A DNA stretch of 64,000 bases from Amoebidium appalachense (taxonomy: Eukaryota; Protista; Ichthyosporea). The notes beneath the pieces are model-generated. The model did not search any database and was not told the DNA's origin. It was given only the letters and a program-made list of their open reading frames with translations. This document shows positions 28,882 to 42,119 of the stretch, one piece after another. The stretch covers positions 13,006,418-13,070,417 of the forward strand of contig CAVNZM010000001.1 of NCBI GenBank assembly GCA_963693365.1, read 5' to 3'. Position 1 is the stretch's first letter. Every line of letters begins with the position of its first letter. Position numbers and translations under genes: made by a program.

Positions 28882-31800
28882 AAACCACCCACCCAACCAC
28901 ACCCACCCACCCACCCACCCACCCCCACCCCTTGGGGAGCACTGCTGCAAGCCCACATGCAGCTACTTGCATGGCAGCCACACACACAGGCCTGAGCCCA
29001 CCTCCAACCACAACCAGCCATGCCCGGCATCACCCCCACAGCCCACCCATTGCCCAACCCCACCCACCAGCCCACCCCACCCTCCACATCCAGCCCAACC
29101 CAACCCATGCTCCCTGCGCCCCCAAACCCTCATGCCAAGCAATTCAACGCCACCAGGCCAGGCTGTGGGGCCAACCCCCCGCCCCCACCGCATGGCTCAA
29201 GGCAGCCCCTGAAGGCCAGCCAACCCCAGCAGCTGCAAAGCAAGAGTGATCTGGCCTGGCCATGCCCAAAAGGTCGTTGGCTGCAGGGGTGAAAGGGTGC
29301 CGGCTGACGGGAGGGGCGCAACAGGCCAACCCTGATCGAGAAATCCCTGCCCATGGCCCTGCATCTAGATCAGAGCCATGGTTGGGCGTGGCCAGGCCAG
29401 TGCAGCCCTGCCTTGGCCAGCCATGTAGCCCAGCCAGCCACACCCCACGGTCTGCGGCCAACCCTCCCCTCGCCTGCCCCACCGTATCAGCCGTGCACAC
29501 ATGGGCCATGCCAGAGCCGCACACCCCAATCCCCCAGTCACCACCAATCACCCCCTCGTCCCTCAATTCTTCCCCGCTCCCCCCGCTCCCCTCCAAACGA
29601 AGCAAGAAAAAAAAAAAGAGAGGCACCAGAGTGCATGGCAAACCCCTGTGCTGGTGCCCCAACATGACTGGGTCTCTGAATGACCAGTAGCATACACCAC
29701 CCTTAACCTCGCATGCTTCTCCTTGGTGCCCAATGCCTTAAAGACCACCCAGGCCAACTCCCTGTATTGGTGTGAGAACCCCGCCCATCAGCAAAGCCCC
29801 ACCTCCCCACCCCCTCCCATTGTCCAACGTAACCGGTCACTGACAGTCCACAAAATGGCAAAGACCGACCCCTCCCCCCCTCCTCCCCCCCTCCCCTTCC
29901 CTCTCTCCCTGGGCACGGCCATGCATATGCCAGGAGTCGAACTGACCGTTGATGCTACTAGGGTCCTCACCCACGGCAAGCCCAGGGGCCTACCGAGCCA
30001 AGCCTTGGCCAGTGCACGGCCCAACCACGGCCCACACAGGCATGCCCTCCACAAGGCACAGCACTCTGGCCCCACCAGGCCTGCTGCTGTGCACGGCAGC
30101 AACCCCACTGTGGCCACGGCCAGCAGCATGCCCTGTGGCCTGGCCAGTGCACAGCAGCACCAGCAGGCCTGGCTCCATCAGCACCCACTTGGAGGGCATG
30201 CAGGGCGCTGCCACTCACTAAAGCCCTCCTAACGTACCATACGCCTGCACATGTGAGCAGGGCCCATCATCAGTGCTGTGCCCACACCCCAGCCATGGTG
30301 CGCATGTCCGACCTCCCCGTGGCCACGTTCATCCATCGCCCACCCCTGGAAGGCGCCTGGCAAGAGGCCATTTTTTGAAATATTTTTTGAAACTCGGAGC
30401 TGTATGGCAAATGCTCTACACATCAACACATCACATCATTCACCACTAGCCAATCCCTTTTTCCACCCCCCCCCCCCCCCCCCCCCCCCCCCCACCCCCC
30501 AACCACACACACACACACACCATGGAACCCACCCCCGACACCCAACCACATGCACCCACACCCGCCCTTTGCATCATTTCTACCGCACTGAGTGGATAAC
30601 TCCACACACCCTCCAAGCACCCCACGTAGTCCCCACTGCAGCAGCCAATGCACGGCACCACCAACAGGCAACTTCAGCACTTTCGGGTCTTGCAATATGC
30701 CAGGCATCAGGCACCAAGCCACGGGACGCTACACCAACATCACCCAAGCAATCCTTCTGGCAGCCACTCCCCATACACATCCCTGCGACCACACAAACAC
30801 CCAACACCCCGCTTACAGCCTGCTACCCCATCACCCCTTTTGGTCCTGGGTGGCCGGAGAGGATGAAGAGCGCGGCCACAGCTACTCAGTGCGGGCATGT
30901 ATTATGGCCACGTCATGGCAAGTAAACGTGCATATACTTCCTGGTATTATAGCACTTATAAATGCATATAATACCTGATATTCTAGCACTTATAGTTGCA
31001 TATATACTACCTGATATTCTAGCATTAATAATTGCCGTATAGTATACTATCTGCTATGATAGCACTCTAGAAATGCATATACTACCTGCTATATTATAAT
31101 ACTACCTGATATTATGGCACATGTGTACTTATCTGGCTACACACATGAATAGGCCATGCAATTTTCTGCCTGATGTTTTCGAGGGAGAAAGAGCGGGAGG
31201 GGGGGGGGGGGTTGCTGGGGGAGACAAGGGGTAGGGGAGAAGCTCGAGGGAGGGGGGAGGGGGGAGAGAGGGAGGGGGAAGGTGGGGAAGAAGGAGAATA
31301 TCTCTATCCTCTCTTAATCCCGTATGTACCATGCAACATGTGCGAAACGAACTGATTGCGTTAGGATGTCGTCAGGATATCTCACAGCTAGGCAGTGGAT
31401 CATCTAAGGAGATCTTTGGAGAGTTCTTTTGTAGCGCTATTGGCCACCCAAATTATATCTTCAAGACAGGCCATGTCTGTGCATGTGATATGCTAACGAA
31501 ATCTTAGGCAAGTATTGGTGATACCTTTCTGCGATCTTCACGCCCTATTTGGGGTAGCTTAAAGATGTTCAGAGTTGCAATTAGGTATTGTGTTAGGATT
31601 ACTTTAGGACCTCTTTAAGGGTTTAATGGGATCGATTTAGATGATATTTAAGTGTTCCCTGGGATAGAAAAGCAAAGCACGTATCGCTATCCTCAGCCAC
31701 GGCCTCTTGACCACCCAGTCAATGCCGATTACCCAGGACCACGATCCATGATGCGCGGGTTAGCTCAATATATACGGCGGGAAAAGGGATTGCGCATTTG

Positions 31801-32354
31801 ATTGTGGGATGGATCACTCCAACGTTTTTGATTGGTTGTTTTTTACAATCGAATTTCACACTGCATTCACAATCACAATGAAGGCGTCACAAGGTACGCT
31901 TTTATTGAAACATGAAACATGAAGGCGTCGCGCAGGTGCGCGCGAGGCGTTGATAGCCAATGGAAACAAAGATTTACTGGAGGAGTGCAAAACAGAATCC
32001 GAAGCACTGTTGTCATTACAATCATGATCCGTCTAATGTAAGTAAAACTGGGGCATTCAACTGCCAAATACAGAAGTTTTAGTTATAATAATATTTAAGG
32101 TACCTATAAATAAGGCGAGATACCTTGGCAAACGGTGCAATGCCTGCGCGGAGCAAGTGGCCGGGGCGTGGAATTTACCCTAAATAAACACAATAAAAAA
32201 TAAAAAATAAAAAATGTACAAAAACCGCAAAGATATATATCGCATACCTTAGGAAGCTCCTAAGAATATCCTCACGCTATACTAGAGTATACTTACTATT
32301 TTGTCAGTACGTCCTGAATAAATACGCCAACCATACCTGAAACTGCAGTGCGGA

Positions 32355-32700
32355 TCACCGACCATAAAACTCCTTACACCCCACCGCCCTAAGATACACT
32401 CCCTCCTCACCTTCTTGCAGTCGAATATAGCAGCTGTTGTATGGGAATATTTTTCTTTTCACTGGAAGAGGCAGATCCCCCCGTGGAGTCCCCCGTGCTT
32501 CAGCAGGCGTTAAGCCCGCTAGGAACAACTGCAGCTGTAGCGGCAGGAACTTTAGGCATGCCACGTCCTTCAAGCCTGGGGCTGGGGTCGAAGTTCCCTT
32601 CTAATGCAAAATAGGCATCCAGCTTTGCAAGGTACAGGCCTTTCTTATCCTGCAAGCCTGTGTTTGGGACAAAAGGATTCGAGAGGATCAGAGTAACTTC
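32355..32700 (-). pseudogene. Isolated coding-like fragment, unknown product
   Basis: Two overlapping ORFs with protein-like composition (LYLAKLDAYFALEGNF / KIFPYNSCYIRLQEGEEGVYLRAVG) joined by a frameshift near 32570. Confidence 0.3.
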
Positions 32701-32789
32701 CGCAGCGCAGCGGCGGGCCCGCCGGGGAGAGGGGTGGGGGGTGGGGGGGGGGGGGGGGGGGGACGTTGCCATTGCCTTGGAAATAACCA

Positions 32790-32934
32790 CCCAATGTGTA
32801 AACCCCCCCCCCCCCCCCAAAAGCACACTATACAATGACCCCCCCCCCCCATGGACCCCACCTATGGGGCCAGCAAATTTCAGTGGGGGTGTGTGAGCCA
32901 TCACGTTTGATGCCTCCCCCCCCCCCCCCCCCCC

Positions 32935-32977
<43 letters not shown>

Positions 32978-33490
32978 CCATTCGGAGGGTTTTGGCAGAT
33001 ATTGAGATTTTAGATTTTTCTTCTTGAAATTCCCCGATCACGCCCCCCCCCCCCCCCCTCGGTCGGGAAAAAATCCTACGGACTCCCTCGTGTGTACTTT
33101 TGCATTAACATACCTTCCCATTGGGAAAACAAAAAAAACTGCATCGAAATCCGCCCATTCTGAGGGTTTTTGCACGTTTTTTCCCTCCACAACACATGCA
33201 CACTATGGAATGACCCCCCCCCCCCCCTTCTTGGACCCCCCCTGATGGGCCGGCAAATGCCCGTGGGGATGTGTGGGTGAACGTGGGCACTCCCCCCCAC
33301 CCCCATCTACGTGTGGTGGTGAGAAAGTCAGCTACTTGCTAAAGGAAAGGGTGTTTGGGTTTTTTGAATACGAAGGCTGGTATGTTGCATGCGGGACTGG
33401 AGAAAACACTGAAATTCCCCTATCACGTCCCCCCCCCCCTCCGTTGGGAAAAAAATCCTAAGGACTCCCCCGTGTGTTTGCATTAACATG
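32790..33490. repeat. Diverged tandem duplication, period about 380-390 bp
   Basis: cacactat..aatgacccc at 32824 and 33199. tgaaattcccc.atcacg...aaaatccta.ggactccc...ttgcattaacat at 33025 and 33410. Confidence 0.7.
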
Positions 33491-33563
33491 CACACATGCA
33501 CACACACGGTGCATCCCCCCCCCCCCTTCCCTCTCAACTGAGCACATACACACACACATACAT

Positions 33564-33614
<51 letters not shown>

Positions 33615-33771
33615 CACACATGCACACATGCACGGACACGAATCCCCCCCTTCCCTTTCCCTCTCCACCGAGCACATGCACACATGCACAGACATGCACA
33701 CACACACACACACACACACACCACACACGATGCACACAGACATGGACACACACACAAACACACAACACACA

Positions 33772-33816
<45 letters not shown>

Positions 33817-34203
33817 GCACACACACGGTGCATTTCCCCCCTCCCCTTCCCTCTCCACAGAGCGCACACACACACACGTGCACACATGCACACACACGGT
33901 GCATCCCTCCTCTCCCCCCCTTCCCTTTCAACTGAGCACATAAACACACACAGACATGCACACACACACACAACATACACAGACATCCACACATCAGACA
34001 CAGAACAGCTTCTAGCACGAGACATTTACCACAAAGTTTATGGGGGGGATGGCGAATGTGCCCCTGGAGTACGAGGGTCACACGAAAAAAACACAACGTT
34101 GTAGCTCGTATAGAACCCCCCTTGTAGCATAGTATATGTACAAATGTTACCTAGACATTATTGGTTTTTCAATAACTACCCACAGAACAGCCTCTAGCAC
34201 GAG
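33489..34203 (-). repeat. Inverted copy of 47467-47985 joined to about one unit of the 183-bp satellite
   Basis: Reverse-complement match. The two parts join through the microhomology cacaga near 34000. Confidence 0.88.
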
Positions 34204-34585
34204 AGAGGTTTTATTTGTGGAATTTATTGACATAAATATTTTTTCTGGGTAAACACGTAGGATGGGTGTTCGGTATCAACATAACCCTGTAGGCTTCATT
34301 TCGTGTTTTAGCAGTTCGCGGTTGGCTGCCCGCACACGGGCACCTATTAGCCAATCAAAACATCATATTCCACATATCACTAAACCGAGTTTTGATTGGC
34401 TCGGATCAGATTTCACATATCACTAGATCGATTTTGATTGGCTCAGATCGGTAGGCTTAGGTATATAAGCACGACAGTTTTTAAAGATCAGCAAGCTACA
34501 AACACATCTTCTGTGTTTGGCACCCACAGCCTTACAGCCATATATTCCTTTTTCATTCTCCCTATCTTTCTCTCCGCCGGTCAGC

Positions 34586-35755
34586 ATGCCGCCGAAAAAG
34601 CGCCAGGCCTCAGCCACCGCCCCTGCCGCGGCACCTAAGCGCCTGACCCGCAGCGACCTCCGCCACAGGCTGACCAACGCTCCCGCGGGCCCTGACGCGC
34701 CTCCGGAGGCCCATACCACCACGGACCCTCCGGCTACTCTCCCCTCTACTCCTGAAGTCCCTCCTCAGGCCCCGCCGTCCCTGCCGATGACTTCTCAAGA
34801 CACCGTCCTTGCCGCCCTCACCGCCATCAGCACCCAGATGGCTGGCGTCCTGGCCGCTCTCACCAACCGCGACCCTCCCGCGCCCCCGGCCGCACCCCCT
34901 GCACCCGGGGAGGTTTCCCCGGGACTGCATCTCGGCCCTGACCTGGACCTACCTGCCCTGCCCGCGCCCCCCATTACAGGTGAGAACACTGGCGACATTC
35001 ACTGGCAGCCGGGCACACTGCCGCTTCCCCCCGCGGATGTGCTGGCAGATTTGCGCGCCAATTGTTTCGTCGACCTGTATAAGTTCACCCCCGCAGCCCT
35101 CCTGGCCCCATCCAAGAAAGGTCAGCAGCTGCGCATGGCCGACGACGGCAGCATCGAGGCTTTTCGCAATGACAAACCCGTTCCCCTGCGTTCACTCGTC
35201 ATTTGGATCCAAGCTTGGACCCATTACATGGCCGCCAAGCACCACCTCGACCTCCCCACGGACAAGGACGTACTTTGGACTCAGCATATCACTCGCCTCA
35301 GCACCCGATACCCGTGGGCCCAGATCCACAACTATGACGTGTACGCCCGTACCGTTGCCCACCAGCAGGGTCGGGCTCCGATCGAGTGTCCCAACCTGCT
35401 CGCCCAACTCCACCAGGATCTCCTCCTGCCACCCACTCTGCTCATCCCGGACGCATGTCAGCGCTGTGGCTTCCCCGACCACCCCAGCGCGGCCTGCCCC
35501 ATGTACCCCAAGCCCGGCTGTGGTCTTGACGGCTTCAAGCCGCCCCACAAGCCCGGCGGGGGCCAAACCCCCAACCGCCCTGGCCCGCACCCCGGCCCGG
35601 CAAAACCGGCCCGACCTGTGGATCTACCCGCGATGCACTGCAGGAATTTCCACATTAACGGTCGGTCCTGCGCTAAGCAGCCCTGCCCCTTCTCCCACGT
35701 GTGCCCGCTCTGCTCTGGCACACACCCCCGCAAAGACTGCAAGCACAATGCCTAG
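34586..35755 (+). CDS. Gag-like ORF1 of a Ngaro/DIRS-type retroelement
   Basis: Pattern FVDL...WIQAWTHY...YPWAQIHNYDVYAR, a CQRCGFPDHPSAAC zinc knuckle and C-terminal CRNFH...C...CPFSHVCPLCSGTHPRKDC. TATA (gtatataag, ~34461) and CCAAT boxes lie upstream. Confidence 0.8.
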   Translation: MPPKKRQASATAPAAAPKRLTRSDLRHRLTNAPAGPDAPPEAHTTTDPPATLPSTPEVPPQAPPSLPMTSQDTVLAALTAISTQMAGVLAALTNRDPPAPPAAPPAPGEVSPGLHLGPDLDLPALPAPPITGENTGDIHWQPGTLPLPPADVLADLRANCFVDLYKFTPAALLAPSKKGQQLRMADDGSIEAFRNDKPVPLRSLVIWIQAWTHYMAAKHHLDLPTDKDVLWTQHITRLSTRYPWAQIHNYDVYARTVAHQQGRAPIECPNLLAQLHQDLLLPPTLLIPDACQRCGFPDHPSAACPMYPKPGCGLDGFKPPHKPGGGQTPNRPGPHPGPAKPARPVDLPAMHCRNFHINGRSCAKQPCPFSHVCPLCSGTHPRKDCKHNA

Positions 35756-36199
35756 CCTACGCGCACACACACAGATAGAACATAGGGGCTCGGAGCTAGG
35801 ACACACGGGTACAAGGAAACGGAGCTCGGGAAAACGGGCCAATAGGGCTGAGTACAAATTTTAGCAGGCCAACTACGGCGCCCGCGCGCGCCAAGAATAA
35901 ATGTCCCTACACAAAGACGTTATTCTGGCCACTGCACATGATTTTACTCCCCCCCCCCCCATCCCACGAGCCTCCCCCCCCCTGGCACTCACCTAGCACT
36001 CCCTCCCCCCCTTCTTCTACCTCTGTGTCCGCCCACACCCGCGCGTGCTCGGGCATCCCCTGCACAGGGTCCCGCTGCCCTCCCTGCAAACCCTCCCTCG
36101 GGCCCAGCTGCCCTACTCTAACCCCCCCGGGGCCCTGCTGCCCCCCCCCCCCCCCCCCCCCCCCCCTGCTGCCGGGACCTCCCCGAGGGTGCCCCACCC

Positions 36200-37240
36200 T
36201 TGCTAACCACACCTTCCCCCGAGGCTCAGACCCGGAGGCCCGCCCGCTGCCCCAGCACCACATTGACACCTCCCGCCTCCGGGAGCTGCTGGCATCCTAC
36301 CCAGACCAATCATGTTATTCGCCGCGCAGCTCCTCCACGATGTCGAATTCGGTGTCGACATCGGCTACCGCGGCCCCTCCACCTCTCGGGTGGGCCCCAA
36401 CCTACCCACCACCCCGGCTGCTGCCGCTGCTATCACGGCGGATATTGCCAACGAAGTCACCCTCGGCCACCTGCGCGGCCCCCTCTCCCCGGATCAATTC
36501 TTCGCCGAATTTCCGGTCCACCGTTCCTCCCCCATCGGCGCCGTTACTAAAAAAGGGAACCCCCCCAAGTACCGTCGAATTCACCACCTCTCATGGCCCC
36601 GGGGCAGCAGCGTCAATGACAGCGTCACCTACCCCGACGAACTTCAGTACATTCGAGCCCGGGACGTCACCCAGCTCATTCTCGACGCAGGCCCCGGCTG
36701 CTACATGGCCGTGGCAGACGTGCAGGCTGCCTTCCGGCACATGCCCATCCGACCAGAAGACCATCACTTAATGGCATTCAAATGGCAGGGGCATTTTTAC
36801 GTTGACACCCGACTGCCCTTCGGCCTGAAATCTAGCCCAGCCATCTGGGAACGGATCGCGGCCACCCTCCAGTGGCTGGCACACCAGCACGGTGTTACCC
36901 TCATCCGCCACTACGTAGACGACTGGACTATAGTCGCCCCCACCCAAGAGCAGTGCCAACGTCACCTATCCACCTTCCTGCAACTCTGCCGAGAGCTGCA
37001 CATTGCCATCTCCGAAGACAAGATGCATGGCCCGGCTACCCGTATTGTCTTCATCGGTATCGAATTCGACTCCGTCACCATGGAGGCACGGATCCCTGCT
37101 TCCAAACTCTCGGACCTACTCGACCTCACTTCCCACCCAACACCCACCATCACCATTCGGGACCTGCAATCCCTCCTCGGAAAACTCACCTGGTGTGCCC
37201 AGCTGGTCCCCCCCGGGCGGGCCTTCTCCCAGCGCCTATG
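36200..37240 (+). CDS. Ngaro/DIRS-type reverse transcriptase (RNase H and YR absent), frameshift near 36310
   Basis: Motifs LASYPD...VDIGYRGP, SPIGAVTKK, YRRIHHLSWPRGSSVND, DVQAAFRHMPIRPED, LPFGLKSSP, HYVDD, FIGIEFDS and LQSLLGKLTW...GRAF. Confidence 0.9.
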
Positions 37241-40218
37241 GGCCATTGACATGGCTCTGGGTATGCTCAGAGGTGCCCGCGTGTTTTCCGCACTTGATTT
37301 AAACGGTGGTTACCACCAAGTCAAAGTAGCCAATAACGACAAAGAAAAACTTGCATTTACCACCCCCTGGGGGCAGTATCAATTCGCACGCGCACCTTTT
37401 GGAGTAAGTAAGATGCCTGCTGTCTTTTCAAGGATGATGAACCGTGTATTCGCTGGTATGCTGTGGACACATGTACTCATATATCTCGATGATATATTAG
37501 TTATGTCACCCACTATCGAAGAACATTTTGGGCATTTAGATTCATGTTTTTCCCGGCTCTGTGATGCAGGATTAAAACTGAAAGGCAGAAAATGCTCTTT
37601 GTTCATGGAAGAAGTTGGCTATTTAGGCCATCGTGTATGCCCGGATGGTATTAAGGTAGACCCAGAAAAAGTGGCAGCAATTACGAATAAAAGCTACCCA
37701 CAAATTTTATCTGAGCTACGAAGTGACCTCGGGTTATTTTCATACTATCGAATATTTGTGGACGATTTCAGCCATACGGCTGAACCACTCACGCGAATGC
37801 TGGGCACCTCGAAGGAGGATTCAGAATTACTAAAACGAATTCACGAAAAAATGCCCCCCCTGTGACGAAACCCGCCAAACGCAACGGCAGCGCAAAACAA
37901 CGAAAAGACGAAGCAAAAAATTTGCACGCCGATTCTGCAGCTATTTTGGCCACGAAAAAGAAAGCACAGAAAAATGCTGCATGGGTGTGGGGTACGGAAC
38001 AGGAGAAAGCATACAATACCCTTAAGAATGCGTTAATTAATGCACCTGTGCTTGCTCATCCCGATTTCACCAAACCTTTTATTGTTGACTCAGATGCTTC
38101 ACAGTATGCTCTGGGCGCAGTGATTTCGCAGGTAGGTGATGACGGCAAAGAACGACCCATAGCTTATGCTAGCAGAACACTCTCTAAGAGTGAACGAAAT
38201 TATGCGGCGAATAAAAGGGAAGCCTTAGGTGTGTATTGGGCTGTGTGCAAAGCATTTCGCGCTTACACCTATGGGGCTCCTTTCTTGTTACGAACCGACC
38301 ACTCCAGCTTGACGCGCATTCTGTCTACCGGCGATGCACCGGAACCTGTTGTTGCAGGCTGGCAAATGGCGCTTTCCGCATACACATACGAAATTCAGCA
38401 CAGGGCGGGCAAACACCACAGCAATGCTGATGGACTCTCTCGGCCATCTAAAGAAAATGCGCAACCAGGACCCGAAGATACTGAGCTGACATACCCCTCA
38501 CTGATCGGCACAGTCTCGGGCTCGTCCACGGTGTTTGCGGTAACACGCTCCGCCGCAGCGACAGCGCAGGCACAAGCTGCCACCCACCCACCCCCAGCTG
38601 AACCCACGAAACCTAATACCACGCCGCCAGAATTTATTCCCCCAAAACGGATGGACGAATGCCCACCTATGAACAGTATGTGTCAGCACAGAAGGCTGAT
38701 AAACACATTGCGAAAGTCAGGGCCTACCTGGAAAAAGCACCGGGCTACGAATTATTTGGCAACGAAATCGCGATGGAAGCTAGTCGCTGCACCATAGACA
38801 ATGACCTTGTGTATGTGTGGGTCCTAGAACAGCGTGGCCCCCGCAAACCCAGCAAGGAACCACGAATTTGGGTGCCGTCTACGCTTGTGCGCCTCGTTTT
38901 GGCCGCATGTCACGACGCCCCAACCGCAGGTCACCTCGACGCAGCACGCACCTTCCACCGTGTTACCCAGACAGCATGGTGGCCACGTGTATGGCAAGAC
39001 TCAGTGCAGTGGGTAACCACATGCAAAGCCTGTCAATACCGGAAGACACCCCGAATGCAAAAGAAACTACGAATTCACGATGGTTTTATACCCACCTATC
39101 CCTTTCAATACGTGTCTATGGACATTACTGAGATGCCTACGAAATCTAATCTCAGAGTTTCCCTGTTGGTGTTTCTCGACCTCTTCACTCGCTGGCCGGA
39201 AGTGATTTTATTTCACAAAACACCCACAGCCGAAGATGTGGCAAAGGCATTCGAAGACTCCATCTACTGCCGTCACGGTCGTCCGGAATTTTTAGTATCA
39301 GACAACGGCGCGAATTTGGCAGCTATGTTGGTCACAGATGTCTGTCGAGTGTTGGCTACAAAACGAATTTTTGCAAGTCCCTACAGCCCCCAGACCAATG
39401 GTGCCGTAGAGCGATTCAATCGCACACTTAAGAATATTCTTGCCACTCTCGTGCAGGATAAACACCACGAATGGATTGACTACTTACCGCAAGTACTGTT
39501 TTCCTACCGCACCGCCTACCACTCTTCCTTGGGGGACACGCCATTCTTCATGCTTTATGGCAGAGATCCGGTCGAGCCCCCCCGCCCCCCAATTGCGGCT
39601 TCATGTGGGATGGAGACGGAGGAATACCGTCGAGAACTACTGCAACGAGTGCAGTATGCCCGGCAAACAGTCACACGAATTATGTCTGAAGCTGCCCGTC
39701 GTAGTAAAATCACGGCTAACAAAAATGCTCGTGAACCCACAGAACTCGAGGGTCTGGTGTTGAAAGCAGTCACAGACTCCACCACCGACCACAGTCTACC
39801 CACGGCACTCAGACCTAAATGGGAAGGTCCGTATCGCGTCCTGCGGCGCGTTACCGACGCCCCCATGTCTTACGAAATTCAGCGGGTTGGGTCAACGGAC
39901 ACCGTTCGAGCACACGCACGTCACTTAAAGCCGTATTTTCCCCGTGACGACGTTGATATGACGCCAGCCGACTCTGGTCCGCAAGATTCACCCACCCCCA
40001 CCTTCGAAGTGGCAAAAATTATTGCCCACAAGTACGACTCGGCAACTGCCCAAGCCCTTTACAAAGTTCGTTGGAAAGGGTACACGGCTAAGAACGACAC
40101 CTGGGAACCTCACTCCGGCCTGCAAGACACAGCCGCAGGAGCACTCACAGACTACCTAGGTACTTTGGTGGCCGGCCCTGCCAGCCAGCCCGCACGAAAG
40201 AAGCGCCGACGTCGCTAA
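37241..40218 (+). pseudogene. Ty3/Gypsy chromovirus pol (partial RT, RNase H, integrase, chromodomain), two frameshifts
   Basis: RT: FSALDLNGGYHQ, PFG, YLDD, YLGH. RNase H: DSDAS, IAYASR, RTDH, NADGLSR. Integrase: HHCC, D-D-E (SMDIT, SDNG, VERFN), GPY. Chromodomain: FEVAKII...YKVRWKGY...DTWEP. Frameshifts near 37860 (C run) and 38658. Confidence 0.93.
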
Positions 40219-40269
40219 CTTCCCTCAGCCTGGTGGTTTACCGTCTCCAGACCATACCACCAGGCTCCC

Positions 40270-40905
40270 GAGAAGGGGGGGAGTGTAAACATCTGTACAC
40301 GCCGTACATGTTTACTATTACGAATATACTGTACATATCATAGTGATCACGTAGATATTGTGTACATATGATCAGATCAATATCACACGCGACAGCCGCG
40401 GGCTGCGGCTCACGACTGAGCCGCGGCGCCGGCAATATGCAGTGGCCGTGCAGTCAGTATGAACCAATAGAATTCGAGAACCGCTAGGATAGGAATGCCG
40501 CAAGTCTCATCACTACGGAGGCGACATCTATAGCTAAACGAACGGAACCAATAAGGAAATCAGACCCAGTTGCATAAACCTAAACGGGCTTAAGTATTGA
40601 CCAATCATTTGCCACAAAGTTATCCTTTTAGTTAGCTTCATGTTTTGGTGCACTGTGTGCACATAAAGACGACCGCAACTTCTGACTGGTCAGAAGTCAC
40701 GAAGGCATCAATGCCACCCATCCAGATGATCCGGAACCTGGGGGCTATATAAACAAGCCGTCCCAGTACGGGGGATCACTCTGCATCAGCAATCTCCACC
40801 GGGGATCGTATACCCCTCGTAATGCCATCTCCGATGGCGTAAACCTGTCACCCATCGTAAAGCACACCGCGAGTTCATATGGAGTGGTTGCACGACCTCT
40901 TTACG
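40270..40905 (+). mobile_element. Polypurine tract and 3' LTR of the chromovirus
   Basis: gagaagggggggag is followed directly by TGTAAA at 40284. TATA box ctatataaa at ~40745. Possible end TTTACG at 40900-40905, one mismatch from TTTACA. No 5' LTR in the window. Confidence 0.7.
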
Positions 40906-41695
40906 ATAGTGTAAAGAGTTCCATGGGGTTAACGGAGCGTCTTATGTATATACATTGGATATACGCTTTACGACATCCATAAACCCTCTTTACGACATCC
41001 ATAGGGTTTATGGATGTCGTAAAGCGTATGTCATATGTATATCCTATGTATATCCGATGTATATACATTGCACTATACATAGGATATCCGATGTATATAC
41101 ATTGCACTATGCATAGGATATCCAATGTATATACATTGCACTATACATAAGATATCCAATGTATATACATTGCACTATACATAGGATAACCTATGTATAT
41201 CCAATGTATAACCTATGTATATACATACGACTATACATAGAACATACATACGAGAGCGTTACGAGGGGTCGGAAACCCATCGTAATCTTCACCATCCGAG
41301 TATCCAAACCCATCCCGTTGGATATCTTAAGTATATGTTTAGGAGCGGCTTAATACCATCGTAACCCATGACATATGATATACATCGATGTATTTTACGA
41401 ATTACCAACCATATACATATGATATACATATGGCTGGTCCTGGGGTACATTACGACCCCCATAATACCGTCGTAGACATTTCCATAAGAGCCCGTACACC
41501 ACTCGTATGTATATACATAGCATGTCGTGTATACATCATTACGACAGCTCTTTGCCCATCCATAAGATATCCTATGCATAGCCAAATAATATGTTACGAG
41601 TATACCATGACTAACTAAATACAATATTACGGAATATCGTAATATACGATTACGAGCTGTCGTAATATCATAATACGAAAAGTAACCACCACCGT
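40906..41695. repeat. AT-rich repetitive element with a 34-bp tandem unit (4 copies, 41057-41190) and a hairpin at 40988-41024
   Basis: Units atgtatatacattgcactatacataggatatcc(g/a). Perfect 16-bp stem. Confidence 0.75.
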
Positions 41696-42119
41696 TGTGC
41701 CCCCCCCCCCTCCCTCCCTCCCCCCCCCCCCCTTCCTTCTTACCTTTCTAACTTTTTCACAATTTGTACACGAGATACCATTAAGACTGTTGTTCCTTTA
41801 TGTCTCGCTCCACTGGAGCAGAGACCGCACAAGTTGTTCATGTTTAAAAATTTCTAAGTCTCACTCCACAGGAGTAGAGACCATTTCACTCTGTTAGACT
41901 CCACAGGAGTCCAGCTTTCACCGAACAAACTAAACAAACCAACAAAACAAAACAAACATCATCACACAAATAAAATACGAAGTCTACATCTCCCCCCTGC
42001 AGAGGCCGGGACTACACCAAAAGAGACATAAACCAAGTATTAATTCTTTTTTTTTTCCTCCGGGGGGGGGGGGGGGGTCTTTCCCTATTCCTCCTCATTC
42101 TAATCATCCTCAACCCTCC

